Source of the DNA: Hyphomicrobium sp.
GTDB taxonomy: Bacteria; Pseudomonadota; Alphaproteobacteria; Rhizobiales; Hyphomicrobiaceae
NCBI GenBank assembly: GCA_052388455.1
Contig: JBQTIA010000092.1
Coordinates: forward strand, 10,003 to 74,002
Reading direction: 5' to 3'
DNA length: 64,000 nt
Shown here: piece after piece, positions 18,108 to 27,649 of the stretch
Position numbering within the stretch: position 1 is the stretch's first letter
Layout: every line of letters begins with the position of its first letter
Notes under the pieces: generated by a model
Database searches by the model: none
What the model was told of the DNA's origin: nothing
The model's input: the letters and a program-made list of their open reading frames with translations, nothing else
Position numbers and translations under genes: made by a program

Positions 18108-19844
18108 CTATGAAACCGTCGCCAGCTTCACGCCATCGTGGAATTTGTTGCCGGCCGGCGTCGCCTCGACGACGCCGACACGGATGACGAAGTCGCCGAA
18201 GCGTTCACCCGGCTTGCGCTCTTTGGCGTAGCGCTTCAGCAGCGGGTCGAGCAGCTTGATGATTTTGTCCCTGTCTACGTCCTGCGCGTAGAGCTTCGAG
18301 AGCCGCGTGCCGTCGAAGGCAGCGCCGAGATAGAGATTGTAAAGCCCCGGATTTCGTCCGACGAACCCGATCTCGGAGAGATAGGGCCGGGCGCAGCCGT
18401 TGGGGCAGCCGGTCATGCGCACCACGATGTCGTCCTCGCGCAGGCCGGCCGCGTCGAGACTGTCCTCGAGGCTGGTGATCAGTCCCGGCAGGAACCGCTC
18501 GCTTTCTGCGAGCGCCAGCCCGCAGGTCGGCAGCGCCACGCAGGCCATGGAGTAGCGCCGCAGCCCCGACGAGACGCCGACGGCAACGCCGGCCTCGGCC
18601 AGCAGTGCCTCGATCTTCGGCTTCGCCTTCGCGGAGACGTTGGCGAGGATCAGGTTCTGGTTCGAGGTGACGACGAAATCCAGGCCGCCCATTTCAGCGA
18701 TCTTGCGGAGCGCACTCTTCAGTTTCGTGCCGGCCGAATCCTTGACGCGGCCATTCTCGACGAACAGCGTCAGGTGCCACTTCTTTTCACCCTTGCCCTC
18801 CGTCGACTGCCGCCAGCCGATCGGGTCTCCGGTCGATTCGAACTTGAAGGGCCGTGCCTTGCCGAGCTTGTACCCAAGCCGCTGCTCGACCTCGGCGCGG
18901 AATTTCTCGATGCCGAAGCGTTCGATCGTGTACTTGAGGCGCGCGTTCTTGCGCACCTCGCGATTGCCCCAATCGCGCTGCACGGTGACGACCTTCTCGG
19001 CCACATCGACGGCCTGGGCGGTGGTGCAGAAAGCCATGACATCGGCGAGCCGCGGAAAGGTGTCCGTCTCGCCGTGGTTCATGCCCATGCCGCCGCCGAC
19101 GGTGACGTTCCAGCCGACGACCTCGCCCTTTTCGACAATGGCCATGAATCCGAGGCAGTGCGCGAAAATGTCGACATCGTTGTCTGGCGGCACGGCGATC
19201 ACGGTCTTGAACTTCCGCGGCAGATAGTGCGTGCCGTAGATCGGCTCCACGTCGGGCGCCGCCTTGCCGCCCTTCTCCGCCACCTTCTCGCCGTCGAGCC
19301 AGATCTCGTGATAGGCGCCCGTCCTCGGCAGCAGGTGCTCGCTCACGCGCTTGGCAAGCTCATAGGCTTCGCCGTGCGCCTTCGTCAGGAATGGATTGGC
19401 CGCCGACATGATGTTGCGATTGACGTCGCCGCAGGCCGCGATGGTGTCGATGCAGGCCGCGTTGATCGCCTGCATGGTGCGCTTGAGGTTGGACTTGATG
19501 ACACCGTGATACTGGAAGGTGGCCCGCGTGGTCAGCCGCAGCGTGCCGTTGGCGTAGGTCGATGCGATGTCGTCGAGCGCGATCCACTGCTTCGGCGTGA
19601 CGACGCCGCCCGGTATGCGCAGCCGGATCATGAAGGAGAAAGCTTTTTCGAGCTTCTTTTTCGTCCGCTCGCCGCGCACGTCGCGGTCGTCCTGCATGTA
19701 GGAGCCATGAAACTTCAGAAGCTGCGTGTCGTCCTCGGCGATGGCCCCGGTTTCGGCGTGCGAGAGCCCGTCGCGAATCGTGCCGCGCAGATAGTGGCTT
19801 GCTTCCTTGATCAGTTCGTTGCGGGCGCGTTTGTCTTCGGACAT
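18108..19844 (-). CDS. cysI: assimilatory sulfite reductase (NADPH) hemoprotein beta-component
   Basis: Start at MSEDKRARNELIKEASHYLRGTI. FHGSYMQDDRD, TRATFQYHG, YLPRKFK and the siroheme/4Fe-4S Cys motifs SMACVALPTCGLALAESER and MTGCPNGCARP are collinear with E. coli CysI. Confidence 0.9.
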   Translation of the reverse strand: MSEDKRARNELIKEASHYLRGTIRDGLSHAETGAIAEDDTQLLKFHGSYMQDDRDVRGERTKKKLEKAFSFMIRLRIPGGVVTPKQWIALDDIASTYANGTLRLTTRATFQYHGVIKSNLKRTMQAINAACIDTIAACGDVNRNIMSAANPFLTKAHGEAYELAKRVSEHLLPRTGAYHEIWLDGEKVAEKGGKAAPDVEPIYGTHYLPRKFKTVIAVPPDNDVDIFAHCLGFMAIVEKGEVVGWNVTVGGGMGMNHGETDTFPRLADVMAFCTTAQAVDVAEKVVTVQRDWGNREVRKNARLKYTIERFGIEKFRAEVEQRLGYKLGKARPFKFESTGDPIGWRQSTEGKGEKKWHLTLFVENGRVKDSAGTKLKSALRKIAEMGGLDFVVTSNQNLILANVSAKAKPKIEALLAEAGVAVGVSSGLRRYSMACVALPTCGLALAESERFLPGLITSLEDSLDAAGLREDDIVVRMTGCPNGCARPYLSEIGFVGRNPGLYNLYLGAAFDGTRLSKLYAQDVDRDKIIKLLDPLLKRYAKERKPGERFGDFVIRVGVVEATPAGNKFHDGVKLATVS

Positions 19845-19891
19845 TTCGATCTCTCGGGGGCTGACACCTAATTCAATGTTCCGACCTACGA

Positions 19892-21706
19892 TCAATACAC
19901 GTCCCTCTGATAGCGGCCGGCCTTGGTGAGTTCCTTCAAGCGCGCCCGGCCCGCCTCCGCGTCGCCCTTGAGCGGCTCGGCGAGGATTTTGACCAGCGCC
20001 GCATCGACGTCCTTGGCCATGCCCTTCTCGTCGCCGCAGACGTAGAGGTGCGCGCCGTCATCCAGCCAGCGGCGCAGCTCGTCCCGGTTCTCCCACAGGC
20101 GATGCTGCACGTAGATCTTCTCCGGCTGGTCGCGCGAGAAGGCGACATCGATGCGCGAGAGCACCCCGCTTGACAGGAAGTCCTGCCATTCGAGCTGATA
20201 GAGGAAGTCGTTGGTGAAGTTGCGCTCGCCGAAAATGAGCCAGCTCTTACCCTTCGCTCCGGTTTCAGCGCGCTCCTCGACGAAGCCGCGATAGGGCGCC
20301 ACACCCGTTCCCGCACCGATCATGATGATCGGGCGCGAGGGGTCGTCCGGAAGGCCGAAGTGCCGGTTCGGTTTGACATAAATGCGGGCCTTGTCACCGA
20401 CCTTGCGGCGATCCGCGAGATAGCTCGATGCGACGCCCTTGCGCGACTTGCCGTGACTCGACCAGCGCACCGCGCCGACGGTCAGGTGCGCCTCGCCCTG
20501 GTGCGCCTTCAGGCTCGACGCGACAGAGTAGAGCCGGCCCGGCAGCGGCCGCAGCAGCTTCGTGATCTGCTCGGCGGAAAGCTTTTCTGGGTAGGTGGTG
20601 AAGAGGTCCACCAGTTGACGGTCCTCGGCGAATTTCGCGTAGGCGTCGCCGTCGAGCAGCTTGGCCACGTCCTTGCGGCCGGTGAGCTTGGCGTAGGCAT
20701 CGACCGCGGCGCGCGAGAGCGTCGTGATGTCGTGGCTGCGAGTCAGCTTGGCGACGAGGGCCGCGTCCGTACCGAGCCCGATCGCGTCGAGCAGTTCGGC
20801 GGCGAGTGCGGGATCGTTCTCCGGCAGCACGCCGATGGCGTCGCCCACCTCGTAGCTGAAATCCGGTGCTTCGCTGGTGAACTCGACATGCCACGTTTCG
20901 CGTGTCGAGCCGCTGCCATTGAGATTGACCAGAGCCGTGATCTCGGCCTCGAGCGGATTTTCCGCGGTGTAGACCGGCTCGTCGGGTTCGCCGCTCTGCG
21001 CCGCGCTCTTGAAATCGACATGCACGACGGTCGCGGAAGCGGCCGCATCGGCCGGCGCGAAGACACCGAGCGTCTTGTCGGTCCATTGGGCAGCGGACTT
21101 GGCGAAATCGAGATCGAGGTCGCTGCGGTCGGCGACGCGGGTGGCGCCAAGCGCTTCGAGCCGCGCGTCGACCAGCTTCCCCGTCTGGCAGAAGTTCACA
21201 TAGGCCGTGTCGCCGAGCGCAAGCACCGCATAGCGCACGCCGTCGAGCCGCGGCGCCTTGTCGGACATCAGCGCCGCATAGAAGTCGACGGCGCGCTGCG
21301 GCGGGTCGCCCTCGCCCCAGGTCGAGATGTAGACGATCAGGTTCTTGTGCTTCGGCAGGCTGGCGACATCGGCGTCGGCCATGTCGAGGATCTTGGCGTC
21401 GAAGTTGAGCTTCGCCGCCGCCTTCTTGGCCTTCATGGCCAGCCCTTCGGCGTTGCCCGATTCGCTGCCGTAGAGGAGGGTGAGCGGTACGCGCGGGCGG
21501 GCCGCTGCGGCGGGAAGAGCCGCCGCCAACCCTTGCTGGCCCTGCGCCGCATCGAGCCCGGCCAGGAAGCCGGACAGCCAGCTCCGCTGCATCGGCGTCG
21601 AGCGCTGCACGAGCTGGTTAAGGAAATCGATGTCTTCCGCGGTGAATGGCGCGTTTTTGGGCAGGAATGGAACCGTCGTCACGCCTCTCTCCTCGACTGC
21701 GCTCAT
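19892..21706 (-). CDS. cysJ: assimilatory sulfite reductase (NADPH) flavoprotein alpha-component
   Basis: Start at MSAVEERG (comp. 21704-21706). Flavodoxin part YGSESGNAEGLA...YISTWGEGDPP. FAD/NADPH part RLYSVASS...GAGTGVAPYRGF...YVCGD...YQRDVY. Confidence 0.88.
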   Translation of the reverse strand: MSAVEERGVTTVPFLPKNAPFTAEDIDFLNQLVQRSTPMQRSWLSGFLAGLDAAQGQQGLAAALPAAAARPRVPLTLLYGSESGNAEGLAMKAKKAAAKLNFDAKILDMADADVASLPKHKNLIVYISTWGEGDPPQRAVDFYAALMSDKAPRLDGVRYAVLALGDTAYVNFCQTGKLVDARLEALGATRVADRSDLDLDFAKSAAQWTDKTLGVFAPADAAASATVVHVDFKSAAQSGEPDEPVYTAENPLEAEITALVNLNGSGSTRETWHVEFTSEAPDFSYEVGDAIGVLPENDPALAAELLDAIGLGTDAALVAKLTRSHDITTLSRAAVDAYAKLTGRKDVAKLLDGDAYAKFAEDRQLVDLFTTYPEKLSAEQITKLLRPLPGRLYSVASSLKAHQGEAHLTVGAVRWSSHGKSRKGVASSYLADRRKVGDKARIYVKPNRHFGLPDDPSRPIIMIGAGTGVAPYRGFVEERAETGAKGKSWLIFGERNFTNDFLYQLEWQDFLSSGVLSRIDVAFSRDQPEKIYVQHRLWENRDELRRWLDDGAHLYVCGDEKGMAKDVDAALVKILAEPLKGDAEAGRARLKELTKAGRYQRDVY

Positions 21707-22270
21707 CGCACGTTCGTCGCTGACCCTATGCCACGCTGGATACCCGCCTGCCACGCGACTGGGCGAGTTTCCTATCGTGCATCGCCGTCTGGTGCCACCG
21801 TCACGGCGTCTCGCAGGGCGGCCAGCGGCGCCGAATGGCACGTCTTCATGTCACGGCAGGCCTCAGATTAGCCAATAGTAGAATATTTTCCTATAAATTT
21901 CATTCTACAGCTCAGAAAAAGGCATGAAATTCCTTATTCCATCAACGATTGGGCGACTCTTGCACGCCGCGATGCAGCCCTCTAGATGAAACTTCGCCGA
22001 ACGGGACGTGGCTCGAACGACCGGTTCCGGCACCGCGTCCAGACCTAGCACTCGCCGTACGCAGCCCCTGGTCCGGCCCGGACTGACGTTCCCCCGGTGA
22101 CCGCTCGACACACTTTTTCGTGAGCGACAATTTACTTGCGCACGATGGGGTCAGCGTGGTGATTGGCTTTCACGCAGCCGGGCTTTTCAAGCAATCCCGG
22201 CGCGGTTTTGGGGGGACCCTCGGCGGGGTGCTCCGTTTATAAAGCAGCTTGCCGAAACTGGAGGATTACC

Positions 22271-22360
22271 ATGAAGATCTGGACCAAGCCCGCCGTCCGC
22301 GAGCAGGAAGTTGGCCTCGAGGTTACCTCGTACCTGCCGGCCGAGATCGACGTCATCTAA
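22271..22360 (+). CDS. pqqA: PQQ precursor peptide PqqA
   Basis: 29-aa peptide MKIWTKPAVREQEVGLEVTSYLPAEIDVI with the conserved E-x3-Y (EVTSY). GGAGGA lies 7 nt upstream. It immediately precedes pqqB. Confidence 0.9.
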   Translation: MKIWTKPAVREQEVGLEVTSYLPAEIDVI

Positions 22361-22497
22361 CGATGTTGATCCTCGCTCACTGATCCATTCGGATCGGTCG
22401 AGATGGATTGGCGCGGCGGTCGGTAACACGGCCGCCGTCGTCGTTTGCGGCGCCGCTTTTCGGCGAAGTCGTGCCGCCCTGAGAACCAAGAAAAAGC

Positions 22498-23430
22498 ATG
22501 TTTATCAGGGTGCTGGGGGCGGCTGCCGGTGGCGGCTTTCCCCAATGGAACTGTAATGGCCGAATGAGCGCGAGCGTCCGGGCCGGCAAGCCTGGTTTTG
22601 CCGCGCGCACCCAGTCGTCGCTGGCCGTCAGTGCCGACGGCTTCCGCTGGGTTCTGCTCAACTGCTCCCCCGACCTGCGCGAGCAGATTGCTGCCGCACC
22701 CGCGCTCTGGCCGGCGGCTGACGGGCCGCTTCGAAATTCTCCGATCCGGTCCGTCGTCGTCACCAATGCCGACGTCGACCACATTATCGGCCTCATTAAT
22801 CTGCGCGAGGCGCAGCCCTTCTCGATCTACGGCTCGGCCCGCGTGCTGGCGACGATCGAGGCCAATTCCGTCTTCAACGTCTGCAACAAAGCCATCGTGC
22901 CCCGCCGTGAACTGCCGCTCGACGGCCGCATCGAGCTGGAGGGAGCCGGCGAGCCGCTCGGACTCTCGGTGGAGGCTTTCGCCGTGTCGGGCAAGATCGC
23001 GCTCTTCCTCGAGGATGCCGCGGCCGGCAAGAGCTTCGGCAGCCGCGACGGCGACACCATCGGTCTCGAAGTCACCGAGACGGCCACCGGCCGCCGTTTC
23101 TTCTATGTCCCCGGCTGCGCCGAGGTCGACGCCCCACTCGCGGCACGGCTGAAAGGCGCCGACCTGCTGTTCTTCGACGGCACACTCTACACCGACGACG
23201 AGATGATCCGGCAGGGCCTGCTCAACAAGACCGGCGCCCGCATGGGCCACATCTCGATCTCTGGTCCGGAAGGGTCGATCGCCGCGTTCAAAGACCTGGG
23301 TGTCAAGCGGCGGATCTACGTCCATATTAACAACTCGAACCCGGTGCTCGACGACAACTCGCCGGAGCGCAAGGCGACCGAGGCGGCCGGCTGGGAAGTC
23401 GGCTACGACGGAATGGAGGTGCGGCTATGA
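22498..23430 (+). CDS. pqqB: PQQ biosynthesis protein B (metallo-beta-lactamase fold)
   Basis: MFIRVLGAAAGGGFPQWNCNG...VVVTNADVDHIIGL is the typical PqqB N-terminus. 4-nt overlap with pqqC. Confidence 0.9.
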   Translation: MFIRVLGAAAGGGFPQWNCNGRMSASVRAGKPGFAARTQSSLAVSADGFRWVLLNCSPDLREQIAAAPALWPAADGPLRNSPIRSVVVTNADVDHIIGLINLREAQPFSIYGSARVLATIEANSVFNVCNKAIVPRRELPLDGRIELEGAGEPLGLSVEAFAVSGKIALFLEDAAAGKSFGSRDGDTIGLEVTETATGRRFFYVPGCAEVDAPLAARLKGADLLFFDGTLYTDDEMIRQGLLNKTGARMGHISISGPEGSIAAFKDLGVKRRIYVHINNSNPVLDDNSPERKATEAAGWEVGYDGMEVRL

Positions 23431-24203
23431 ACGAGATCGCGAGAAACATCCGGCCGTCGGCGCCGCCCCAACCCGCGCCGCCCATGAGCCGCGACGAATT
23501 CGACGCCGCCATCCGCGCCGTCGGACCCGAGCGCTACCACGACCTGCATCCCTTTCATCACATGCTGCACGGCGGCAAGCTCAAGAAGGGCCAGGTCGCG
23601 GCCTGGGCGCTGAACCGCTACTGCTATCAGTCGGCCGTGCCGCGCAAGGACGCCGCCTTCGTCAGCCGCGTCTATGATCGCCAGCTCCGCCGCGACTGGA
23701 TTCATCGGGTGCTCGAGCACGACGGTCACGGCGACGATCCCGGCGGCATCGAGCGCTGGCTGGTTTTGACCGACGGCCTCGGCCTCGACCGCGAGTATGT
23801 CCAGAGCATGCGAGGCGCGCTCCCCGCCACACGATTCGCCGTGGAGGCTTACGTCAATTTCGTGCGAGAACAGCCTCTCGTCGTCGCCGTCGCCTCCTCG
23901 CTGACCGAGCTGTTCGCTCCAAAAATCCACAAGGAGCGCATTTCGGGAATGCTGGAGAATTACGATTTCATCGACGACACGGTGATGGCCTACTTCAAGA
24001 AGCGCTTGGTTCAGGCCCCCTTCGACGCCGACTTCGCGCTCACCTACATCAAGGACCACTGCACCACCCGGGCCGAGCAGGAGGCCTGCGTCGACGCCGT
24101 CAAGTTCAAGTGCAACGTGCTCTGGGTGCAGCTCGACGCGCTCTATCACGCCTATATCAACGGCAACATTCCGCCGGGCGCCTACAGACCGGAGGGCATG
24201 TGA
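23427..24203 (+). CDS. pqqC: pyrroloquinoline-quinone synthase PqqC
   Basis: RYHDLHPFHHMLHGGKLKKGQVAAWALNRYCYQ...LTELFAP...ALTYIKDHC matches PqqC. Confidence 0.95.
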   Translation: MNEIARNIRPSAPPQPAPPMSRDEFDAAIRAVGPERYHDLHPFHHMLHGGKLKKGQVAAWALNRYCYQSAVPRKDAAFVSRVYDRQLRRDWIHRVLEHDGHGDDPGGIERWLVLTDGLGLDREYVQSMRGALPATRFAVEAYVNFVREQPLVVAVASSLTELFAPKIHKERISGMLENYDFIDDTVMAYFKKRLVQAPFDADFALTYIKDHCTTRAEQEACVDAVKFKCNVLWVQLDALYHAYINGNIPPGAYRPEGM

Positions 24204-24518
24204 GTGGGTGAGAGCTTCAAACGCACGCGCGAGATCATCAACGCCGAGTCGCGGCCCGCGCTTCCGCGCCACATCAAGCTGCGTCACGACGCCGGCCGCG
24301 GCCGCTGGATCCTGCTGGCGCCCGAGCGCGTCTTCGAGCCGGACGAAATCGCCGCCAACATCCTGAAGCTGTGCGACGGCCAGCGCACTGTCACCGACAT
24401 CGTGACTCAGCTCGCCGCCGACTATCAGGCAACGCCCGAGCAGATCCGTTCGGACGTCATCGACATACTCCAGGAGCTCGCCGACAAGGGCGCGCTCACC
24501 ACAGCCCCCGTCGCGTGA
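24204..24518 (+). CDS. pqqD: PQQ biosynthesis peptide chaperone PqqD
   Basis: GTG start directly after the pqqC stop. PRHIKLRHDAGRGRWILLAPERVFEPDEIAANILKLCDGQRTVTDIVTQLA matches PqqD. Confidence 0.85.
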   Translation: MGESFKRTREIINAESRPALPRHIKLRHDAGRGRWILLAPERVFEPDEIAANILKLCDGQRTVTDIVTQLAADYQATPEQIRSDVIDILQELADKGALTTAPVA

Positions 24519-24531
24519 GGAGGAGCCGCCC

Positions 24532-25728
24532 ATGACCGATTCCATCGAGAGAGCGCCGATCGAGCACTGCACCACGCCGGCCGAGAACCCGGCCGAGGCG
24601 GCGTCGTGTGCCCGCGCACCCATCGGCATGCTGTGCGAGCTGACGCACCGCTGCCCGCTGCAGTGTCCCTACTGCTCGAACCCATTGGACCTGGAGCGAG
24701 TCAATACCGAGCTGACCACGGCGGAATGGCAGAACGTCATGCGGCAGGCGGCGGCACTCGGCGTGCTGCAGATTCACCTCTCGGGGGGCGAGCCGACGGC
24801 GCGCAAGGATCTGGAGGACATCGTCAAGACCGCGGCCGAGGTCGGTCTCTACACCAATCTCATCACCGCCGGCGTGACACTGACGCGCGACCGCCTCGCC
24901 AAGCTGCGCGACAACGGCCTCGATCACGTCCAGCTCTCGATCCAGGACGTCGATCCCGAAAACGCCGACCGCATCGCGGCCTACAAGGGCGGCAGCGCCA
25001 AGAAGCGCGAGGTCGCCCGCTGGGTGAAAGAGCTCGGCCTGCCGCTGACGCTCAACGCGCCGATGCACCGCCAGAACATTCACAACATCGAAAAATACAT
25101 CGAATACGCGGTCGACCTCGGCGCCGGCCGGCGTGAGGTCGCGCACATCCAGTATTATGCCTGGGCCTTGAAAAACCGCGCGGCGCTGATGCCGACGCGC
25201 GAGTCCTTCATGCATACGGTCGATGTCGTCGACAAAGCGAAGGAGCGGCTGAAGGGCGTTCTCGTCATCGATTTCGTGGTGCCAGACTATTATGCGAAGT
25301 ACCCGAAGCCCTGCATGGGCGGCTGGGGACGCGGCATCATCAACATCACGCCGTCGGGCAAGGTGCTGCCCTGCCACGCAGCGGAAAGCCTGCCGCATCT
25401 GTCGTTCCACAACGTCAAGGATACGCCGCTCGCCGACATCTGGCTGAAGAGCGACGCCTTCAACATCTACCGCGGCACGGAGTGGATGAAGGAGCCGTGC
25501 CGGACCTGCCCGCGCAAGGAGATCGACTTCGGCGGCTGCCGCTGCCAGGCCCTCGCCTTGACGGGCGACGCGCGCAATACCGACCCCGCCTGCTCGCTCT
25601 CACCGCTGCACGGCGACTGGCTGAAGGTCGCCGAGCGCGAGAGCCATGCGCCCGCGCCGGATCTCATCTACCGCCGCATGGGCGGCGCCGCGAAGGCCGC
25701 AGTGAAGGAAGAGGTTCCGGCGGAGTAA
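24532..25728 (+). CDS. pqqE: PQQ biosynthesis radical SAM/SPASM protein PqqE
   Basis: CELTHRCPLQCPYCSN (CxxxCxxC) with a C-terminal SPASM Cys cluster (PCRTCPRKEIDFGGCRCQA). Confidence 0.95.
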   Translation: MTDSIERAPIEHCTTPAENPAEAASCARAPIGMLCELTHRCPLQCPYCSNPLDLERVNTELTTAEWQNVMRQAAALGVLQIHLSGGEPTARKDLEDIVKTAAEVGLYTNLITAGVTLTRDRLAKLRDNGLDHVQLSIQDVDPENADRIAAYKGGSAKKREVARWVKELGLPLTLNAPMHRQNIHNIEKYIEYAVDLGAGRREVAHIQYYAWALKNRAALMPTRESFMHTVDVVDKAKERLKGVLVIDFVVPDYYAKYPKPCMGGWGRGIINITPSGKVLPCHAAESLPHLSFHNVKDTPLADIWLKSDAFNIYRGTEWMKEPCRTCPRKEIDFGGCRCQALALTGDARNTDPACSLSPLHGDWLKVAERESHAPAPDLIYRRMGGAAKAAVKEEVPAE

Positions 25729-25741
25729 AATGTCTTGCGCT

Positions 25742-25768
25742 GGTGCCAGACCCTCCGGGTCTGACACC
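25742..25768. repeat. REP-like palindromic unit, copy 1 (possibly the pqqE terminator hairpin)
   Basis: ggtgccagaccc-tcc-gggtctgacacc, 14 nt after the pqqE stop. The same unit recurs at 26735 and 59465. Confidence 0.65.
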
Positions 25769-26031
25769 ATTTCAAGACTCTCCCTACTTGGTCATGACCG
25801 CCCCGCGCAGCGGTTCTTGAATGGATAAGATTTGCACCAGCGGAGCCACACCCTCGCTGGTCATCGGAATCGTGTCCCCATCAAAAACAGGCGGCCACCC
25901 ACGACAAACTTCGACGCGTGTCATGTGTGGACGGCACCCGGGATGCAAGGGCTTTTTGATGCGTGTCCGCGTTGACAAGATCCGCTCTGTCGTGCATATG
26001 TAAGACATGCGTGCGTTCCGGGATTCTCGTC

Positions 26032-26289
26032 ATGCCCACCGTCACCATCCGTCTCGACGAAGAGACCGACGCCCGGCTGAAGCGCCGCTTGGCGCGCAGC
26101 GGCGAGACGCTGTCCGAGTTCATCCGTGAAGCCGTGACGAAGCATCTCGACGCCCATCCGCGCGTCGACTCGCGGCTTGCTTCCCTGAAGCGCACGCTGG
26201 AGAAGATGAGCGACGCGGGCGAGACCGATCTATCGGCAACCTACAAGTCGCGCCTTCGGGAGAAGCTCGGTGCGAAACATCGTCGTTGA
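26032..26289 (+). CDS. vapB: ribbon-helix-helix (CopG/VapB-like) antitoxin
   Basis: MPTVTIRLDEETDARLKRRLARSGETLSEFIREAVTKHL is an RHH motif. The gene overlaps the downstream PIN gene by 20 nt. Confidence 0.7.
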   Translation: MPTVTIRLDEETDARLKRRLARSGETLSEFIREAVTKHLDAHPRVDSRLASLKRTLEKMSDAGETDLSATYKSRLREKLGAKHRR

Positions 26290-26683
26290 TGCAGGGCCGC
26301 TGATCGCGCTGTTCAAGAAATCTGACCGGCACCACAAGGCAGCCTTGGCTTTCATTGGTCGCAATGAGACCGCGACCCTCGTCACCAATCTGCTGGTCGT
26401 CGGAGAAGTTGCGGCCATGCTGCAGGACAAGCATTCAGACCTTATTCAAGGCCTAGACTGGCTTTTGGCAAACATCGAAATCGATCAGAGGACGGTTCTG
26501 GATCTGCCGGCTGCGCTGGAGATTGTCGAGAAGTACAAGGATATGCCCGCCGATCTGGCCGACGCTTCGCTCGTTGCGCTCTGCGAACGTCGCGGCACGA
26601 ACCTCGTCGCGTCCGTCGATCGGGATTTCGAGGTCTATCGTCTTCCCAGGTCCAAGACGTTCGAGAACGTGTTCTTTGCGTAG
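26270..26683 (+). CDS. vapC: PIN-domain toxin (VapC family ribonuclease)
   Basis: GTG start. VVDAGPLIALF (first acidic residue), VVGEVAAML, ADLADASLVALCERRG, SVDRDF gives the typical PIN D..E..D..D pattern. 137 aa. Confidence 0.8.
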   Translation: MRNIVVDAGPLIALFKKSDRHHKAALAFIGRNETATLVTNLLVVGEVAAMLQDKHSDLIQGLDWLLANIEIDQRTVLDLPAALEIVEKYKDMPADLADASLVALCERRGTNLVASVDRDFEVYRLPRSKTFENVFFA

Positions 26684-26734
26684 GTTCGGCGGTGAAAATC
26701 GCGTCGCAGTTGCCATGACTCGCGCTCCATGCCC

Positions 26735-26761
26735 GGTGTCAGACCCTCCGGCTCTGACGCC
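26735..26761. repeat. REP-like palindromic unit, copy 2
   Basis: ggtgtcagaccc-tcc-ggctctgacgcc, 52 nt after the vapC stop. Same unit and orientation as 25742-25768. Confidence 0.65.
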
Positions 26762-26905
26762 GGTCGAAATTGATCTGCCAACTGCCATAGCGAAGCCTGC
26801 CAGGGCTCACATCTCGCCAGCAACCGCGATAAGATCAGCGGTCGAAGCGAACTCCCGACCTGTTCGCACCGACGCCCTGCGCAGCCGAACTCCAACCGAG
26901 CCCCC

Positions 26906-27646
26906 ATGCCGCATACTCCGACCAGCGACGGCCGACCGGCCTGGAAGGCCCACGTCCTCTCCCTCTTCCCCGAGATGTTTCCAGGGCCGCTCGGCGTGTC
27001 GCTGTCGGGCCAGGCGCTGGCTGCGGGGCTGTGGTCGATGTCGACGACACACATCCGCGACTTCGGCCTCGGCCGCCACCGCGCGGTCGATGACACGCCG
27101 GTGGGCGGCGGCGCCGGCATGGTGCTCCGCGCCGACGTCATCGGGCATGCCATCGACCACGCCCGCGGCGAACAGGCCGGCCTGCCGCTCGTCTATCTCT
27201 CGCCGCGCGGCCGCCCGCTTAAGCAAGCCGTCGTGCGCGACCTCGCCGATGGTCCGGGCGTGATGCTGCTCGCCGGCCGCTTCGAGGGGCTCGACGAGCG
27301 GGCGATCGAGGGCCGCGGAATGCAGGAAATTTCCATCGGAGATTACGTGCTCTCCGGCGGCGAGCTTGCCGCGATGGTACTGATCGATGCCTGCGTGCGG
27401 CTGCTGCCCGGCGTACTCGGCGCGGCCGAAAGCCTCGCGCATGAGAGCTTCGAGGCCGGGCTGCTCGAATATCCGCAATACACCAAGCCGCGGGAGTGGG
27501 AGGGCCGGGCAGTCCCCGATGTGCTGCTCAGCGGCGATCACGCGAAGATTGCCGCCTGGCGCCGCGAAGAGGCCGAGCGGATCACGGGCGAGCGGCGGCC
27601 TGACCTCTTGTCAAAGCGCGGAGCGAGCAAGCGCCCGGCGGAGTGA
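26906..27646 (+). CDS. trmD: tRNA (guanine37-N1)-methyltransferase
   Basis: [12 protein letters not shown]...[13 protein letters not shown]...YLSPRG...[13 protein letters not shown]...[21 protein letters not shown] is canonical TrmD. Confidence 0.92.
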   Translation: MPHTPTSDGRPAWKAHVLSLFPEMFPGPLGVSLSGQALAAGLWSMSTTHIRDFGLGRHRAVDDTPVGGGAGMVLRADVIGHAIDHARGEQAGLPLVYLSPRGRPLKQAVVRDLADGPGVMLLAGRFEGLDERAIEGRGMQEISIGDYVLSGGELAAMVLIDACVRLLPGVLGAAESLAHESFEAGLLEYPQYTKPREWEGRAVPDVLLSGDHAKIAAWRREEAERITGERRPDLLSKRGASKRPAE

Positions 27647-27649
27647 TCG

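Noticed and set aside
22414-22437. GC-rich hairpin (cggcggtcg-gtaaca-cggccgccg) ~55 nt downstream of pqqA, possibly the attenuator that lets pqqA mRNA exceed pqqB-E
   Set aside because: It has a 9-bp stem with a mismatch and no U-tract. The idea rests only on what is known from other pqq operons and cannot be supported from sequence alone.
25972-26005. Sigma-70-like promoter (TTGACA ... CATATGTAAGACATG) with a small dyad upstream of vapB
   Set aside because: The -35 hexamer is perfect, but the -10 assignment depends on a 17-19 nt spacing choice. It is plausible but unverified, so it is not listed as a feature.
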